64,000 nucleotides of DNA from Nitrospina sp. (GCA_024648695.1 JACAVV010000006.1:164458-228457), one strand, 5' to 3'; counted from the stretch's first letter, positions 31,173 through 41,192 are shown. The notes: generated from the letters alone by a model not told the origin. Made by a program: numbers and translations.

Positions 31173-32171
31173 ATGGAATTTTTTCGTTTTCAGGATCCGT
31201 GGATTTTGGTGTGCATGCTGTTGATTCCTCTCATTCACTCTTTTGACCGGAAAAATAGAAAGGGTGCGGTTTATTACTCCTCGATTCATGATTTGAAAAG
31301 CCTGCAACCGGCGGCTACTTCCTTATTGATGGCCATCCCTACTTTCCTCCGTTATATGGTCATCATTCTCGTTGTTCTGGCGTTGGCCCGACCGCAGGAG
31401 GGAAGGAAAAGTCAGGAGATTATGTCGTCTGGTGTCGATATCATCATGGCCATAGACACATCGGGAAGTATGCGTGCGATGGATTTCATGCGTGACAAGG
31501 AGCGCATTGACCGACTGGAAGCGACCAAAGATGTGGTTCGCGAATTTGTCAAGGATCGGCCACACGATCGTCTGGGAATGGTGGCTTTTGGAAACGAAGC
31601 CTTCACTCAATGTCCCCTGACCCTGGATCATAATATTCTAGTTTCGTTTCTGGACAAACTGGAAATAGGGATCGCGGGCGATTCCACAGCAATCGGTTCC
31701 GCGATTGGTATTTCGACCAAGCGCTTGAAAGACCTAAAATCCAAATCCAAAATTGTAATCCTTTTGACAGACGGACGAAGTAATGCGGGCAACATTCCTC
31801 CACTAAAAGCGGCGGAGATCGCCAAAACTTTTGGTATCAAAATTTATACTGTAGGAATGGGCACGGAGGGTAAAGCGCCTTTTCTAGTCAATACTATTTT
31901 TGGCGAGCGTTGGGTGTACAAACAGGTCGATTTGGACGAGGATACCTTGAATGCCATCGCCGACACCACGGGGGGACAGTATTTTCGGGCCACAGACAAG
32001 GAATCGCTGGAACAGGTTTACGAACAAATCGACCAAATGGAAAAGTCGGAAGCGAAGGTCATTGACCATTCTGAATATTCAGAACTGTATGTCTATTTTC
32101 TTGCAAGTGCGATTGGGTTACTCTTCCTTGAAATCATATTGACCCATACCTGGTTGAGGAGAACCCCCTAA
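31173..32171 (+). CDS. batA: VWA domain protein, BatA
   Basis: F.DPW N-terminus, ALARPQ, MIDAS DTSGSM, TAIGSAI, LLTDG. Confidence 0.92.
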   Translation: MEFFRFQDPWILVCMLLIPLIHSFDRKNRKGAVYYSSIHDLKSLQPAATSLLMAIPTFLRYMVIILVVLALARPQEGRKSQEIMSSGVDIIMAIDTSGSMRAMDFMRDKERIDRLEATKDVVREFVKDRPHDRLGMVAFGNEAFTQCPLTLDHNILVSFLDKLEIGIAGDSTAIGSAIGISTKRLKDLKSKSKIVILLTDGRSNAGNIPPLKAAEIAKTFGIKIYTVGMGTEGKAPFLVNTIFGERWVYKQVDLDEDTLNAIADTTGGQYFRATDKESLEQVYEQIDQMEKSEAKVIDHSEYSELYVYFLASAIGLLFLEIILTHTWLRRTP

Positions 32172-33157
32172 TGAAATTCGCTCAACCGCAATGGCTCCAC
32201 CTTCTTTGGCTCTTGTTGGGATTTCTTTGGTTTTTCCGTTGGTCCTTCAGAAAAAAGCAAAAGATCCTGTCTACATTTTCCAGTCCGGAACTGGTAGAGC
32301 AATTGATCCATCCGAAGGTTCAGCGAAAACAGAAAAACCGAGAGAGGTTTCTCATTATATCTTCCACCCTGATGGTTCTGGCCCTGGCTCAGCCGCAATG
32401 GGGCTTTGAATGGGAAGACCTAAGGCAACAGGGCGTCGATGTCGTGGTCACTCTGGATGTATCCACCAGCATGATGGCGGAAGATATCAAACCCAACCGC
32501 CTGACCCGCGCCAAGCACAAAATTGCCGATTTATTGAGTATGCTTGAAGGAGACCGCATCGGCCTGGTGGCTTTCGCCGGAATAAGTTTCCTGCAATGCC
32601 CCCTGACTCTCGATTACAATGCGGCCGCCCTGTTTCTCAATGCCATTGAAACCGATTTGATTCCAGTACCGGGCACGGCCATCGGGCACGCACTGCAAAC
32701 TTCTCTGAAGGCGTTTAACGCAGAAGAAAAAAAATCAAAGGCCATCATTCTAATCACAGACGGAGAAGACCATAGAGGCGATGCGTTTCAGTTTGCACAG
32801 CGCGCCAAGGAAGAAGGCGTTAAAATATTTACGATTGGTATTGGCCAGGAGTCCGGGGCTCCCATTCCGGACCCTGCAAAAGGGGGATTCAAAAAAGACA
32901 AACGCGGAGAAGTTGTGATCAGTAAACTGGATGAGATCACATTGCAAAAAATCGCTCTGGAAACCGGCGGGACCTATGTGAGGTCGGTCACCGGCGATAT
33001 GGATTTACAAAAAATCTATTTGGAAGACATCAAGCAGACGGTGGAGAAGAAGGAACTCACCACCACACGCAGAAAACTGTGGCAGGATCGATTTCAATGG
33101 TTTCTTGCTTTTGCCCTGGTTTTGCTATGTGTGGAATTCGTTTACAGGGAAAATTGA
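32171..33157 (+). CDS. batB: VWA domain protein, BatB
   Basis: ALAQPQWG, DVSTSMMAEDIKPNRL, DRIGLVAFAG, PLTLDY, ITDGEDH. Confidence 0.92.
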   Translation: MKFAQPQWLHLLWLLLGFLWFFRWSFRKKQKILSTFSSPELVEQLIHPKVQRKQKNRERFLIISSTLMVLALAQPQWGFEWEDLRQQGVDVVVTLDVSTSMMAEDIKPNRLTRAKHKIADLLSMLEGDRIGLVAFAGISFLQCPLTLDYNAAALFLNAIETDLIPVPGTAIGHALQTSLKAFNAEEKKSKAIILITDGEDHRGDAFQFAQRAKEEGVKIFTIGIGQESGAPIPDPAKGGFKKDKRGEVVISKLDEITLQKIALETGGTYVRSVTGDMDLQKIYLEDIKQTVEKKELTTTRRKLWQDRFQWFLAFALVLLCVEFVYREN

Positions 33158-33161
33158 ACTA

Positions 33162-34319
33162 TCAGTCAAAGGGTTTTTCCTGCAAGGTGACATAAACCCG
33201 ATTCATCTCATTGCCCTGAATTACTTCCAGATCCAGGCCATCACCCACCTTGTTGCGATTAATCTCCCTTACCAGAGACTTCATCCCTTCCACCTTTTGG
33301 CCATTCACGGACAGGATGATGTCGCCACCCACCGGAATCAACATATTATCGAGCGTCACCTCCTGGGTTCCGCCAGACAAACCGGATTGATCCGCAGGAC
33401 TGCCTTCAATCACTTCAACCACAAGAATACCTTCGGTAACCTGCAAATTCAGGGCATCCGCCAAATCCTCGGACAAATCGATACCCGAAATTCCCAGCCA
33501 GGGAGAAGCGTAACGGCCCTCGGTGATGATCTGCAACGCCACTTCCCTGGCCTGATTGATGGGAATCGCAAACCCGATTCCCTGATATCCTCCTGACAGG
33601 CTGAAAATAGCTGTGTTGATTCCAACCACTTCTCCGTTGGAATTAAGGAGTGGGCCACCAGAGTTTCCGGGATTAATGGCGGCATCAGTCTGGATCAGGC
33701 CCGTCAACATGGTGCCTGATTCGTCTTCCAGTTCACGGTCCAGGGCGCTGACGATTCCGGTAGTAAGCGTATGGGAAAGGCCGAAGGGATTGCCAATGGC
33801 AATGGCTTTCTGGCCGACTCGTGCATAATCTGAATTTCCCAGTTGGGCCACCGAAGGCACCATGTGCTCGGGAATTTTAATAACCGCTAAATCTGTCGAA
33901 CTGTCCCTTCCAATCAGCTTGGCTCTGGTTTTTTTATCATCGCCCAAAGTGACAATAATTTTTTGTGCTTTGGCAACGACATGATTATTGGTCAAAATGT
34001 AACCTTTATCGTCGATGATAAACCCGGACCCCTGCCCTTCCTGCGGCGTGATCTGTTGCCAGTAATTGATGGTGAGCGTGGTGGCAACTATATTCACAAC
34101 CGCCTTGTGAACCTTATTGAACACATCCATGTTGATTTGTTCATCGCTGGAAACGACTACCGGTCCACGTTCTTCAAGGTTAGTGTGATTGAAAGCAAGG
34201 TCTTCGGAGTCGGGCCGACCCCATAAAAACAGGTTGATGGCGCCCCATTGCTCGACGAGAACAGACACAACAACCACGGCAAGAAATACCAGAAAAAAAA
34301 CCTTTAGAATTTTATGCAT
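33162..34319 (-). CDS. HtrA/DegP-family trypsin-like serine protease with one PDZ domain
   Basis: TNNHVV, DLAV and GNSGGP triad; QTDAAIN; C-terminal PDZ; N-terminal anchor. Confidence 0.95.
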   Translation of the reverse strand: MHKILKVFFLVFLAVVVVSVLVEQWGAINLFLWGRPDSEDLAFNHTNLEERGPVVVSSDEQINMDVFNKVHKAVVNIVATTLTINYWQQITPQEGQGSGFIIDDKGYILTNNHVVAKAQKIIVTLGDDKKTRAKLIGRDSSTDLAVIKIPEHMVPSVAQLGNSDYARVGQKAIAIGNPFGLSHTLTTGIVSALDRELEDESGTMLTGLIQTDAAINPGNSGGPLLNSNGEVVGINTAIFSLSGGYQGIGFAIPINQAREVALQIITEGRYASPWLGISGIDLSEDLADALNLQVTEGILVVEVIEGSPADQSGLSGGTQEVTLDNMLIPVGGDIILSVNGQKVEGMKSLVREINRNKVGDGLDLEVIQGNEMNRVYVTLQEKPFD

Positions 34320-34415
34320 AGTTTCATTTTAAGGTTCTTTTTGGGTTTTGCAAGTTGCGTAAAAGAAAAATCGAGGTTGAATGCTAATACACTACCCAAG
34401 TGTCCTAAGGTTATT

Positions 34416-34787
34416 TTAATCTTGAAGCTCCAGATCCTGACCGATCATGATACGATGTCCGTCGATGGTTCGCAGTCCGAATTCCCGCATTCCCCAAGGC
34501 TCGCTGTTCAGGTCTTTGATAAGGTCGATTTCCTTCTTCAATAGTTCAGCATGAAATTCATCCACATTGTCGACGACCAGATAGGCGAAATAGGAATGAT
34601 CACCCAATTCGGTCGCTGATAAGGCATCAGGGCAATGACCTGCCATTATGCGACAACCGTCACGCTGAAATATTCGCCAACCGTCATCGCCGATTTCTCG
34701 AATCGTAAACCCAAGAACATCGCGATAATATTTTGCAGATGCTTGCAAATCTTGAACTGCAATGACATACATGTATTCTTGGATCAT
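34416..34787 (-). CDS. VOC / glyoxalase-bleomycin resistance family protein
   Basis: V.DL..S..YY.DVLGF, EPWGMREF...DGHRI. Confidence 0.9.
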   Translation of the reverse strand: MIQEYMYVIAVQDLQASAKYYRDVLGFTIREIGDDGWRIFQRDGCRIMAGHCPDALSATELGDHSYFAYLVVDNVDEFHAELLKKEIDLIKDLNSEPWGMREFGLRTIDGHRIMIGQDLELQD

Positions 34788-34930
34788 TTGTCAGTGAAGG
34801 TCCTTGGGGTTTCTATTAATCCAACACAATATTACCTGTCCTATGAGGTTGGAAATTAGTCTTAGAATTTTTTGAACCTATCCTAATCCTAAATGGGTTA
34901 AGCTTGGATCTTATCCATGTTTTGGGTTAA

Positions 34931-37204
34931 TCAAAAATAGCGGTGAATCAGTTTCTCGTAGTTTTTCTGGCCGAAGGTGCCCAGGCCTTTCAGATGGATT
35001 CTGAAGAGAAACTTGTTTTCGATTTCGTCTTCGGCTTCGTTGATCAGGTTTCTTCGGATGAAGTCAAATGAGAATCCCCAGCATCGGCAGGAATCGTTAA
35101 ACGAAACGCTCAGGTCGTTTTCCCGGAATTCTCCCAAATCCTCATCGAATCGGGTACTGTGGGTTATTCTCCAGCCCTTCTTTAAATTGAGATCCACGGT
35201 TCCCAGCAAAAATGTGGAAACATCGCGAGTGAACCTTCTTTCCAGAAACAGGGACATCCAGTCGGTAGGCTTGATTCCCAACTGAACGTTGAAAGTTCGA
35301 ATCTGGGCCTCATTGACATCAAAGGTAGAATCCATATTAATCATTAACGAATCACTCAACCGGCTGTCCAGGTCGAAACGGATGTCTGAAAACGGTTCGC
35401 GGGCGTCATTAGGAGATAAATCGTCGCGTGTTGCTTCACGGATGTCGTAGGTTTGGCTGATTTGAAAGCGAAGAATATCCCTGTTGGTGGATTCCCCATC
35501 GCCAAGGAGTTCTTTTAAGAATAAACGATGAACGAGTGAATAGGTCACTGTATGCTCATCGTCCGCCAGGTCCACAGCGTCGAACACTTTTATTTTTTCC
35601 CGGTCGCCCTGATCGATATCGGGGATCCAGCTATAAGTCACCCTTGGCTCGATAATATGTTTCAGCTTGGGATATTTTTTACTTTTCAGCCCGAAAATTT
35701 TCTTGAATTTGGGCCCTTCGAGAATGGTTTCAAAATCGAATAGTTCACGGGAAAAGGCATCGAACTCGTTATCGCTCAGATCAAATCCCCGACTATAAAA
35801 AGTTTCCCGAAAACCTATGGTAGGTGTAACCGAGAGCCATTGAGTGGGTCGGCCGGTATAACTAAGTTGAGGATGGAAGTCGAAGCGGTGAATGTCGACA
35901 AAATTATCCACTCCAATAGTCGAATCCAGATCGGTATAAAACAGGGTGTACTGCGCGTCCTGATTGAAATAGAAATTGGTTTTCCCCAGGGAATGCTTTT
36001 GTGTTTTAAACGTGACCTGTGGCAATTGGGCAAAAGTGTCGTCTCTGCCCCGCTCCGTACTATCGCGAAACCTTGAAATGAAATCCAGGGTATGATTGTT
36101 CCATACCCTGTTTACGGATAAAAAGGAGTCAGTGCTTCGACGGGTTCTTAAAGACGTCGCATCGTTAAAAGTTTTATCGAAATTGTTGTCGCCGACCAAA
36201 TCGAGTTTTCCGCTGACCTGCCAATTGTCTGCAATGATCTGGTCATGCGTCCAATCGACTTTATAAAACAAATCGTCGGACACTCTGTCCTGCAAGAAAG
36301 AAGCACTGAATTTCCCCTGGGTAGTTTTGCTTGGAGTGTAGCGATATTCAATTCCGGGCCGAACACCACGTCTTCCCAGATAATCCAAATAAAAGGTGGC
36401 GTCGGAAGAGCGGTTGATCGCCCAAAAGTAGGCCCCCTTGAAGGTAAATCCGTCGGTGTTGCTGTTACCGAAAGAAGGCATCAGAAATCCGCTTTTTCTA
36501 CGGTTATCAAGGGGTACATAACCTTGAGGAATATACATAATCGGCACGTCCCGGATTTTCACAACGCCTCGCTTGAACAAGGCGCGATCACCCATTTTCA
36601 AATCAACCGATTCCGCCTCAACTAACCAGTCCGGGAGTTTTCCCTTACAAGTGGTGAACGTGGTTTTATAAGCTTTATAATGTTTATCAGTGATCCGTGT
36701 GAACTTTTGGCCTTTGACCCGGTACATATCCCCAACCAGGCCCTGGGCTCGAAACAGCTTGCCCTGACTGTTTTTTATGTTGAAGGTCGTTCGGTCGGCC
36801 TTCATTTTGGTTCCCTTGTCGATAATCACGACATTCCCAAAAGCTTCACCGTCTCCGGATTTGGTATTCAAAATGATGCGATCGGCCTTGATCGTCTTAT
36901 CTTCACTTTTGACGACAACGTTTCCGCGAGCTTTGACCAGGTTTTTCGGTCCGTCCTGTTCGACCTTATCAGCTGTAATATCAATAGCCTGTTTCTCTTC
37001 GGCGGGGGCTTGAGGAGGCTTGGCTTTTCTGGTTCTTTTCCTTTTCCTGGCTTTTCGAGACTTTTGGGAGCCTTTCGCACTGTCCAGCTTTTTCGATTTG
37101 GAATAGGAGGAGGAGCCTGAGTAATTGGCGTTTTGCGCCAAAATATCATCAGCCAGGAATAAGACCGCCAGGAGTGCGACCAGGAGTTTGGTTAACTCTT
37201 TCAT
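34931..37204 (-). CDS. lptD: LPS-assembly protein LptD
   Basis: Signal peptide, OstA-like jellyroll (ITAD.V, ARGNV), FTTC....PDW, RKSGFLMP, large C-terminal beta-barrel with C.CW. Confidence 0.92.
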   Translation of the reverse strand: MKELTKLLVALLAVLFLADDILAQNANYSGSSSYSKSKKLDSAKGSQKSRKARKRKRTRKAKPPQAPAEEKQAIDITADKVEQDGPKNLVKARGNVVVKSEDKTIKADRIILNTKSGDGEAFGNVVIIDKGTKMKADRTTFNIKNSQGKLFRAQGLVGDMYRVKGQKFTRITDKHYKAYKTTFTTCKGKLPDWLVEAESVDLKMGDRALFKRGVVKIRDVPIMYIPQGYVPLDNRRKSGFLMPSFGNSNTDGFTFKGAYFWAINRSSDATFYLDYLGRRGVRPGIEYRYTPSKTTQGKFSASFLQDRVSDDLFYKVDWTHDQIIADNWQVSGKLDLVGDNNFDKTFNDATSLRTRRSTDSFLSVNRVWNNHTLDFISRFRDSTERGRDDTFAQLPQVTFKTQKHSLGKTNFYFNQDAQYTLFYTDLDSTIGVDNFVDIHRFDFHPQLSYTGRPTQWLSVTPTIGFRETFYSRGFDLSDNEFDAFSRELFDFETILEGPKFKKIFGLKSKKYPKLKHIIEPRVTYSWIPDIDQGDREKIKVFDAVDLADDEHTVTYSLVHRLFLKELLGDGESTNRDILRFQISQTYDIREATRDDLSPNDAREPFSDIRFDLDSRLSDSLMINMDSTFDVNEAQIRTFNVQLGIKPTDWMSLFLERRFTRDVSTFLLGTVDLNLKKGWRITHSTRFDEDLGEFRENDLSVSFNDSCRCWGFSFDFIRRNLINEAEDEIENKFLFRIHLKGLGTFGQKNYEKLIHRYF

Positions 37205-38474
37205 TTAAAAGACTTTGTTTGGCTTCGGAGACGGTAAAAAGGGAGCCCGTGACGCATAGGAGATCGTTCCGGTTGGAAGTTTGCAGACTGCTCCTTAAAG
37301 CATATGGAATTTCTTCAATAATTTCAATAACTTTCTGGCTTTTTGACCACTTATTCGCCCAAAAATGGGGGTCCCAGCTTCTTTCTTGCCGAGGCCGGAC
37401 CAAAATCAGCCGGTCGGCGATATCTAAAATAAAATCAATAAGTTCTGCAATGGCCTTATTGTTCATGAATCCGAGAATGAAATGACAGCGCTCGTAACTG
37501 AAATAGTCCCTGATAGTGCTAGTCAAGTATTTGACACTTTCCGGATTGTGAGCACAATCCAGGAGTAGAATGGGGTTATGCTGGATAACTTCCATCCGCC
37601 CCTCCCAACGGGAATATTGCAGGCCGTGAACCAGATGTTCAGAGTTTATGCAATATCCCAATTCATTTAAAAGAGTACATGCCTTGATGGCCAGGGAAGC
37701 GTTTTCGGCTTGATAGTCGCCCGCAAGGGGGAGCTGAATGTCTTCCAGCGTCAATTCGGGGTCCTGGTAGGAAAAAACTCTGCTTTCATTCAAGGCCTGG
37801 ATCTTGGGAAAGAAGTCTTTTTGGCAGGAAAACATTTTTGCCTTATTGGATTTAACCTGCTCCTCCACCACGGCATAGGCACTTTCATCGATGTCAGCTA
37901 CAACTACTAATCCATGAGGCTTAATAATGGCGGCCTTCTCTCCGGCAATGGTGGCCGTATCCGGACCTAAAATATCCAGATGGTCTTCAGCGATGGAAGT
38001 GATTATTGAAACCAGCGGGTGGCAAACATTGGTAGCGTCCAACCGGCCCCCCAGTCCCACTTCCAGAACACAAAAATCAACCTGTTTAGCCTGGAAATGC
38101 AGAAAAGCTATTATGGTGGAATATTCAAAAAAGGTAAGGAAAATGGAGTGGCGGACACATACTTCGCGTATGGTGTCTATATAATTCAGCAAATCAGCCT
38201 CAGGAATCAATTCACGGTTGATTTGGATACGTTCTCTGAAATCCAGTAGATGTGGAGATGTGAAAAGACCCACCCGGTACCCGGCCGATCTTAGAATGGA
38301 CTCGACAAAAGCCGCCGTAGATCCTTTTCCATTAGTTCCAGCGATATGAATAATCTTCAACTGATCCTGAGGATCTCCCAGGTGGTATAATGCCTCACGG
38401 GTATTATCCAGTCCCAATTTTATCCCGCGGTTTTTCAGACTGAATAAATAATCTATGCTTTCTTTATAATTCAT
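37149..38474 (-). CDS. folC: Folylpolyglutamate synthase / dihydrofolate synthase
   Basis: IHIAGTNGKGST, FTSPHL, EVGLGGRLDATN, WEGRME, DCAHN, TGSLF. Confidence 0.97.
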   Translation of the reverse strand: MNYKESIDYLFSLKNRGIKLGLDNTREALYHLGDPQDQLKIIHIAGTNGKGSTAAFVESILRSAGYRVGLFTSPHLLDFRERIQINRELIPEADLLNYIDTIREVCVRHSIFLTFFEYSTIIAFLHFQAKQVDFCVLEVGLGGRLDATNVCHPLVSIITSIAEDHLDILGPDTATIAGEKAAIIKPHGLVVVADIDESAYAVVEEQVKSNKAKMFSCQKDFFPKIQALNESRVFSYQDPELTLEDIQLPLAGDYQAENASLAIKACTLLNELGYCINSEHLVHGLQYSRWEGRMEVIQHNPILLLDCAHNPESVKYLTSTIRDYFSYERCHFILGFMNNKAIAELIDFILDIADRLILVRPRQERSWDPHFWANKWSKSQKVIEIIEEIPYALRSSLQTSNRNDLLCVTGSLFTVSEAKQSLLNERVNQTPGRTPGGLIPG

Positions 38475-38495
38475 ATAGTTAAATAAATTAATTTA

Positions 38496-38508
38496 AATCA
38501 AAACATTA
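38496..38508 (+). promoter_or_regulatory. IHF-binding consensus site
   Basis: AATCAA-AACA-TTA, exact WATCAANNNNTTR, in the AT-rich divergent region upstream of folC. Confidence 0.5.
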
Positions 38509-38582
38509 AATAAAATCAGCAATCCTTATGGTTTTGGAAAATTTATAAAAACTAAAATCAGTTAAATTCATCTTTTATCAAC

Positions 38583-39140
38583 ATGCCCCCAATGTCGCAA
38601 GAATCTTCGATTGTAATCATCCCGCAAATAAAATTTCTGGCTGGAAAAGCTGATGGGATGTTTAACCATCGCTTTTGGGATAGTTATCCAAGGGTGCAGT
38701 TACCAGTGAAAAAGGAGATCAATGATACCTGTTACGGAGTTTTGGTTGAAAATGAGGACTACTTGCCAATCCTCCGCCTGCAGGATACCGGAGTCTTTTG
38801 TCCCATGAATTCACTTGAAGCTATAGAAAAAGTATATACTATTGGCTTTCGGGATGATTCTATAAAAATATTAAAAATCCTTAATATTCAAGCAAATAAG
38901 AATCAAATCGCAAAGAAATCAAACAGTAAAGGAGCTGGAGGCAGACTCTATTCCACAAGAAAAAGTTTCCTGACCCCTACCCCCCTTCATATTCCGGGTA
39001 GCCGCGTAAAACCTCTCAAAGAGCCTGAAAATGACAATTTCATGGTCAAGGGACTGAATAGAGATTCAAAACTGGAATGGGTTTCGAAGAGTGAGGTACT
39101 ATGGTTTCATCCCTTGGTCCACATTGAACGAAAACTTTAA
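38583..39140 (+). CDS. Hypothetical protein
   Basis: Fills the gap and is co-oriented with the next gene; no motif recognised; start uncertain (ATG at 38658 possible). Confidence 0.5.
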   Translation: MPPMSQESSIVIIPQIKFLAGKADGMFNHRFWDSYPRVQLPVKKEINDTCYGVLVENEDYLPILRLQDTGVFCPMNSLEAIEKVYTIGFRDDSIKILKILNIQANKNQIAKKSNSKGAGGRLYSTRKSFLTPTPLHIPGSRVKPLKEPENDNFMVKGLNRDSKLEWVSKSEVLWFHPLVHIERKL

Positions 39141-39165
39141 CCATATGAAATAACAGGATCAGACA

Positions 39166-39783
39166 ATGTCAAAATTCAAAGAAATTCTAGATAACATTTA
39201 CACATGGTCAGAGTATTGTGAGGAAAAAGATATCGATTTTAACGGCTACCTGATTTTTCATAAGGGTGAAGCTGTCATCATAGATCCACCAGAATTAACC
39301 GATGAAGAAATGGCCGAATTGAAGGGTTTATTGGACCAACGAGGGGACTATAAGCTCAAAGGCATTCTCCTGACTAATGTGCATCACGAGCGTGGCAGTG
39401 AAAAAATGAAAAAGAAGTTATCCATTCCCGTTTTCATCCATATCAATGACCAAGGCGGGTTAGAATGCTCACCCGACAACGTATTTCAGGATGGTTCCGA
39501 TTTATTTTGCGGTTTGAAGGTAAAAAACCTCGCTAACCAGAAATCTCCAGGCGAGTCGGTATTTTTACTAGCAGACAGGAAAATACTGATCGCTGGTGAC
39601 GCGTTGATAGGCAGGAATCCGGGACAATTCAATTTACTGCCCCCTGATAAGTACCAGGATATTCAAGCGGCGAAAAAAGGCCTTAAGGCCTTAAATGGTC
39701 TGGATTTCGATGCGGTATTGGTAGGAGACGGTAATTCTATAATAACTGACGCTAAGAAAGCTTTGGAGGCGTTGCTTGATTAG
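39166..39783 (+). CDS. Metallo-beta-lactamase-fold protein with a degenerate metal motif
   Basis: IIDPP, LLTNVHHER in place of HxHxDH, SPGE, IAGDALIG, LVGDG. Confidence 0.85.
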   Translation: MSKFKEILDNIYTWSEYCEEKDIDFNGYLIFHKGEAVIIDPPELTDEEMAELKGLLDQRGDYKLKGILLTNVHHERGSEKMKKKLSIPVFIHINDQGGLECSPDNVFQDGSDLFCGLKVKNLANQKSPGESVFLLADRKILIAGDALIGRNPGQFNLLPPDKYQDIQAAKKGLKALNGLDFDAVLVGDGNSIITDAKKALEALLD

Positions 39784-39787
39784 AAAT

Positions 39788-39862
39788 TGTTCCACAAAAT
39801 ACTAAAATTAATATTTGTCCACCAAACAATCACCCTGGCTTTTCCTTTTTTCATTATCCACA
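39788..39862 (+). promoter_or_regulatory. Cluster of co-oriented DnaA-box-like sites
   Basis: Perfect TTATCCACA at 39854-39862; TGTTCCACA at 39788-39796; TTGTCCACC at 39815-39823. Confidence 0.45.
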
Positions 39863-40035
39863 GTTCCTACCAGTTCAGAACCAAAAATCATAAGGAAACA
39901 TCCATTCCCTAAAAGACGAGGAAACCATCCCAGGTTTCCCTGTTGCCTCCCGCAAATAAGAAATTTAAACACAAAAAATAGGAAATTTATTATAATATAT
40001 AGGAAATACACCCATTACCTTAGAGTAAGCTTTTT

Positions 40036-40048
40036 TAAACCGTTGATT
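40036..40048 (-). promoter_or_regulatory. IHF-binding consensus site
   Basis: Minus strand AATCAA-CGGT-TTA. Confidence 0.5.
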
Positions 40049-40124
40049 TAAAAAGTTCAATATTCCGGCTAAATTTAAATTTTGATTTTTTCCAAAGCAA
40101 GTTATTTCAAAGTTTGGGAATTTT

Positions 40125-41192
40125 ATGAACATCATTTTGAATAGTTATTGCAATTTAAAGTGTAATTATTGTTTTGCAGATGAATATATGGAGGAAACCG
40201 TCCGATCTCCGGAAAAATCAATGGATCTGGTTTTTTTCAATAATAAATTGCTTCCCAAAATCAAAAATAATCTGGTGATAAACTTTATGGGAGGCGAACC
40301 GACTTTACATCCTCAGTTCAATGATATTTTTAGCAATACCTTGAATTCGATGCAACCCTACACCTACCTTGGCGTATTTACCAATGGATTGATGCCCGAT
40401 TCGGTGCTGGAACTTTTGAAAAAAGCTATCAGCGTGAGAGGAAGCATAAAACGCCATATCACCTTTTCCGTTTTACTAAATTGGCAAACCCTCGAAAACA
40501 TCTCCGAGAAAAACCATCAACGCTGTAAGGAATCTGCTTTAACCCTGCTCCAGGTAAACGGCTATGGGGTCACCTTCAGCATAAACCTGTATTCAAAATC
40601 CCAGGACCTTTGGAGACAATGCAGTGAAATCGACGCCATTTACCAAAAACTGGGTTTGCCTGATGACAAGGAATACCGGATCCGGATCAGTCCCGCATTT
40701 CCCATAGTGGGCGAAATGGATAACTTTTATTTGCCAATCAGGGATTATCCGGTTTTGGGAAAGGAGATGGTCAAAATTCTAAAAGAATTCCCGCAAATGG
40801 CTTTTCGATTCGATTGTTCGTTCCCCCCCTGTTTCCTGGACGAAATCGAAGAAGAGGATTTTCATTTGGCCGGGCGGTTTTATTTTCATGGCTATCAACA
40901 GGTACCACCTATTCAGGAATGGGCCAACCAGGATCTTTATTTCGGATGCGCCGATGGAAGTCCTATGGACATTGATGGCAAAGGCGATTGCTTCAACTGT
41001 TTTCCGTTTCACAATCTGAAACTGGGCAATATAGAAAATTTTAAAACCGTGAATTCAATCGCCAGCGCCAAAATGGGCTCGTCCTTTTTAAACCATGTAT
41101 TCGATAAAGCAGAAACCAAAGAACCCTGCCGGTCCTGCCCCCACTACATGGAACGCTGTTCCAGCGGATGCTTCGCTTATAATTTTGTTTAA
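40125..41192 (+). CDS. Radical SAM protein with SPASM-like C-terminal domain
   Basis: CNLKCNYC, MGGEPTLHP, FTNG; C-x(14)-GDCFNC-like auxiliary cluster and CRSC.....RCSSGC. Confidence 0.92.
   Translation: MNIILNSYCNLKCNYCFADEYMEETVRSPEKSMDLVFFNNKLLPKIKNNLVINFMGGEPTLHPQFNDIFSNTLNSMQPYTYLGVFTNGLMPDSVLELLKKAISVRGSIKRHITFSVLLNWQTLENISEKNHQRCKESALTLLQVNGYGVTFSINLYSKSQDLWRQCSEIDAIYQKLGLPDDKEYRIRISPAFPIVGEMDNFYLPIRDYPVLGKEMVKILKEFPQMAFRFDCSFPPCFLDEIEEEDFHLAGRFYFHGYQQVPPIQEWANQDLYFGCADGSPMDIDGKGDCFNCFPFHNLKLGNIENFKTVNSIASAKMGSSFLNHVFDKAETKEPCRSCPHYMERCSSGCFAYNFV

Noticed and set aside
39815-40051. 78-aa ORF as a precursor peptide for the radical SAM enzyme
   Set aside because: TTG start without an SD, low-complexity AT-driven composition, and overlap with the DnaA and IHF motifs.
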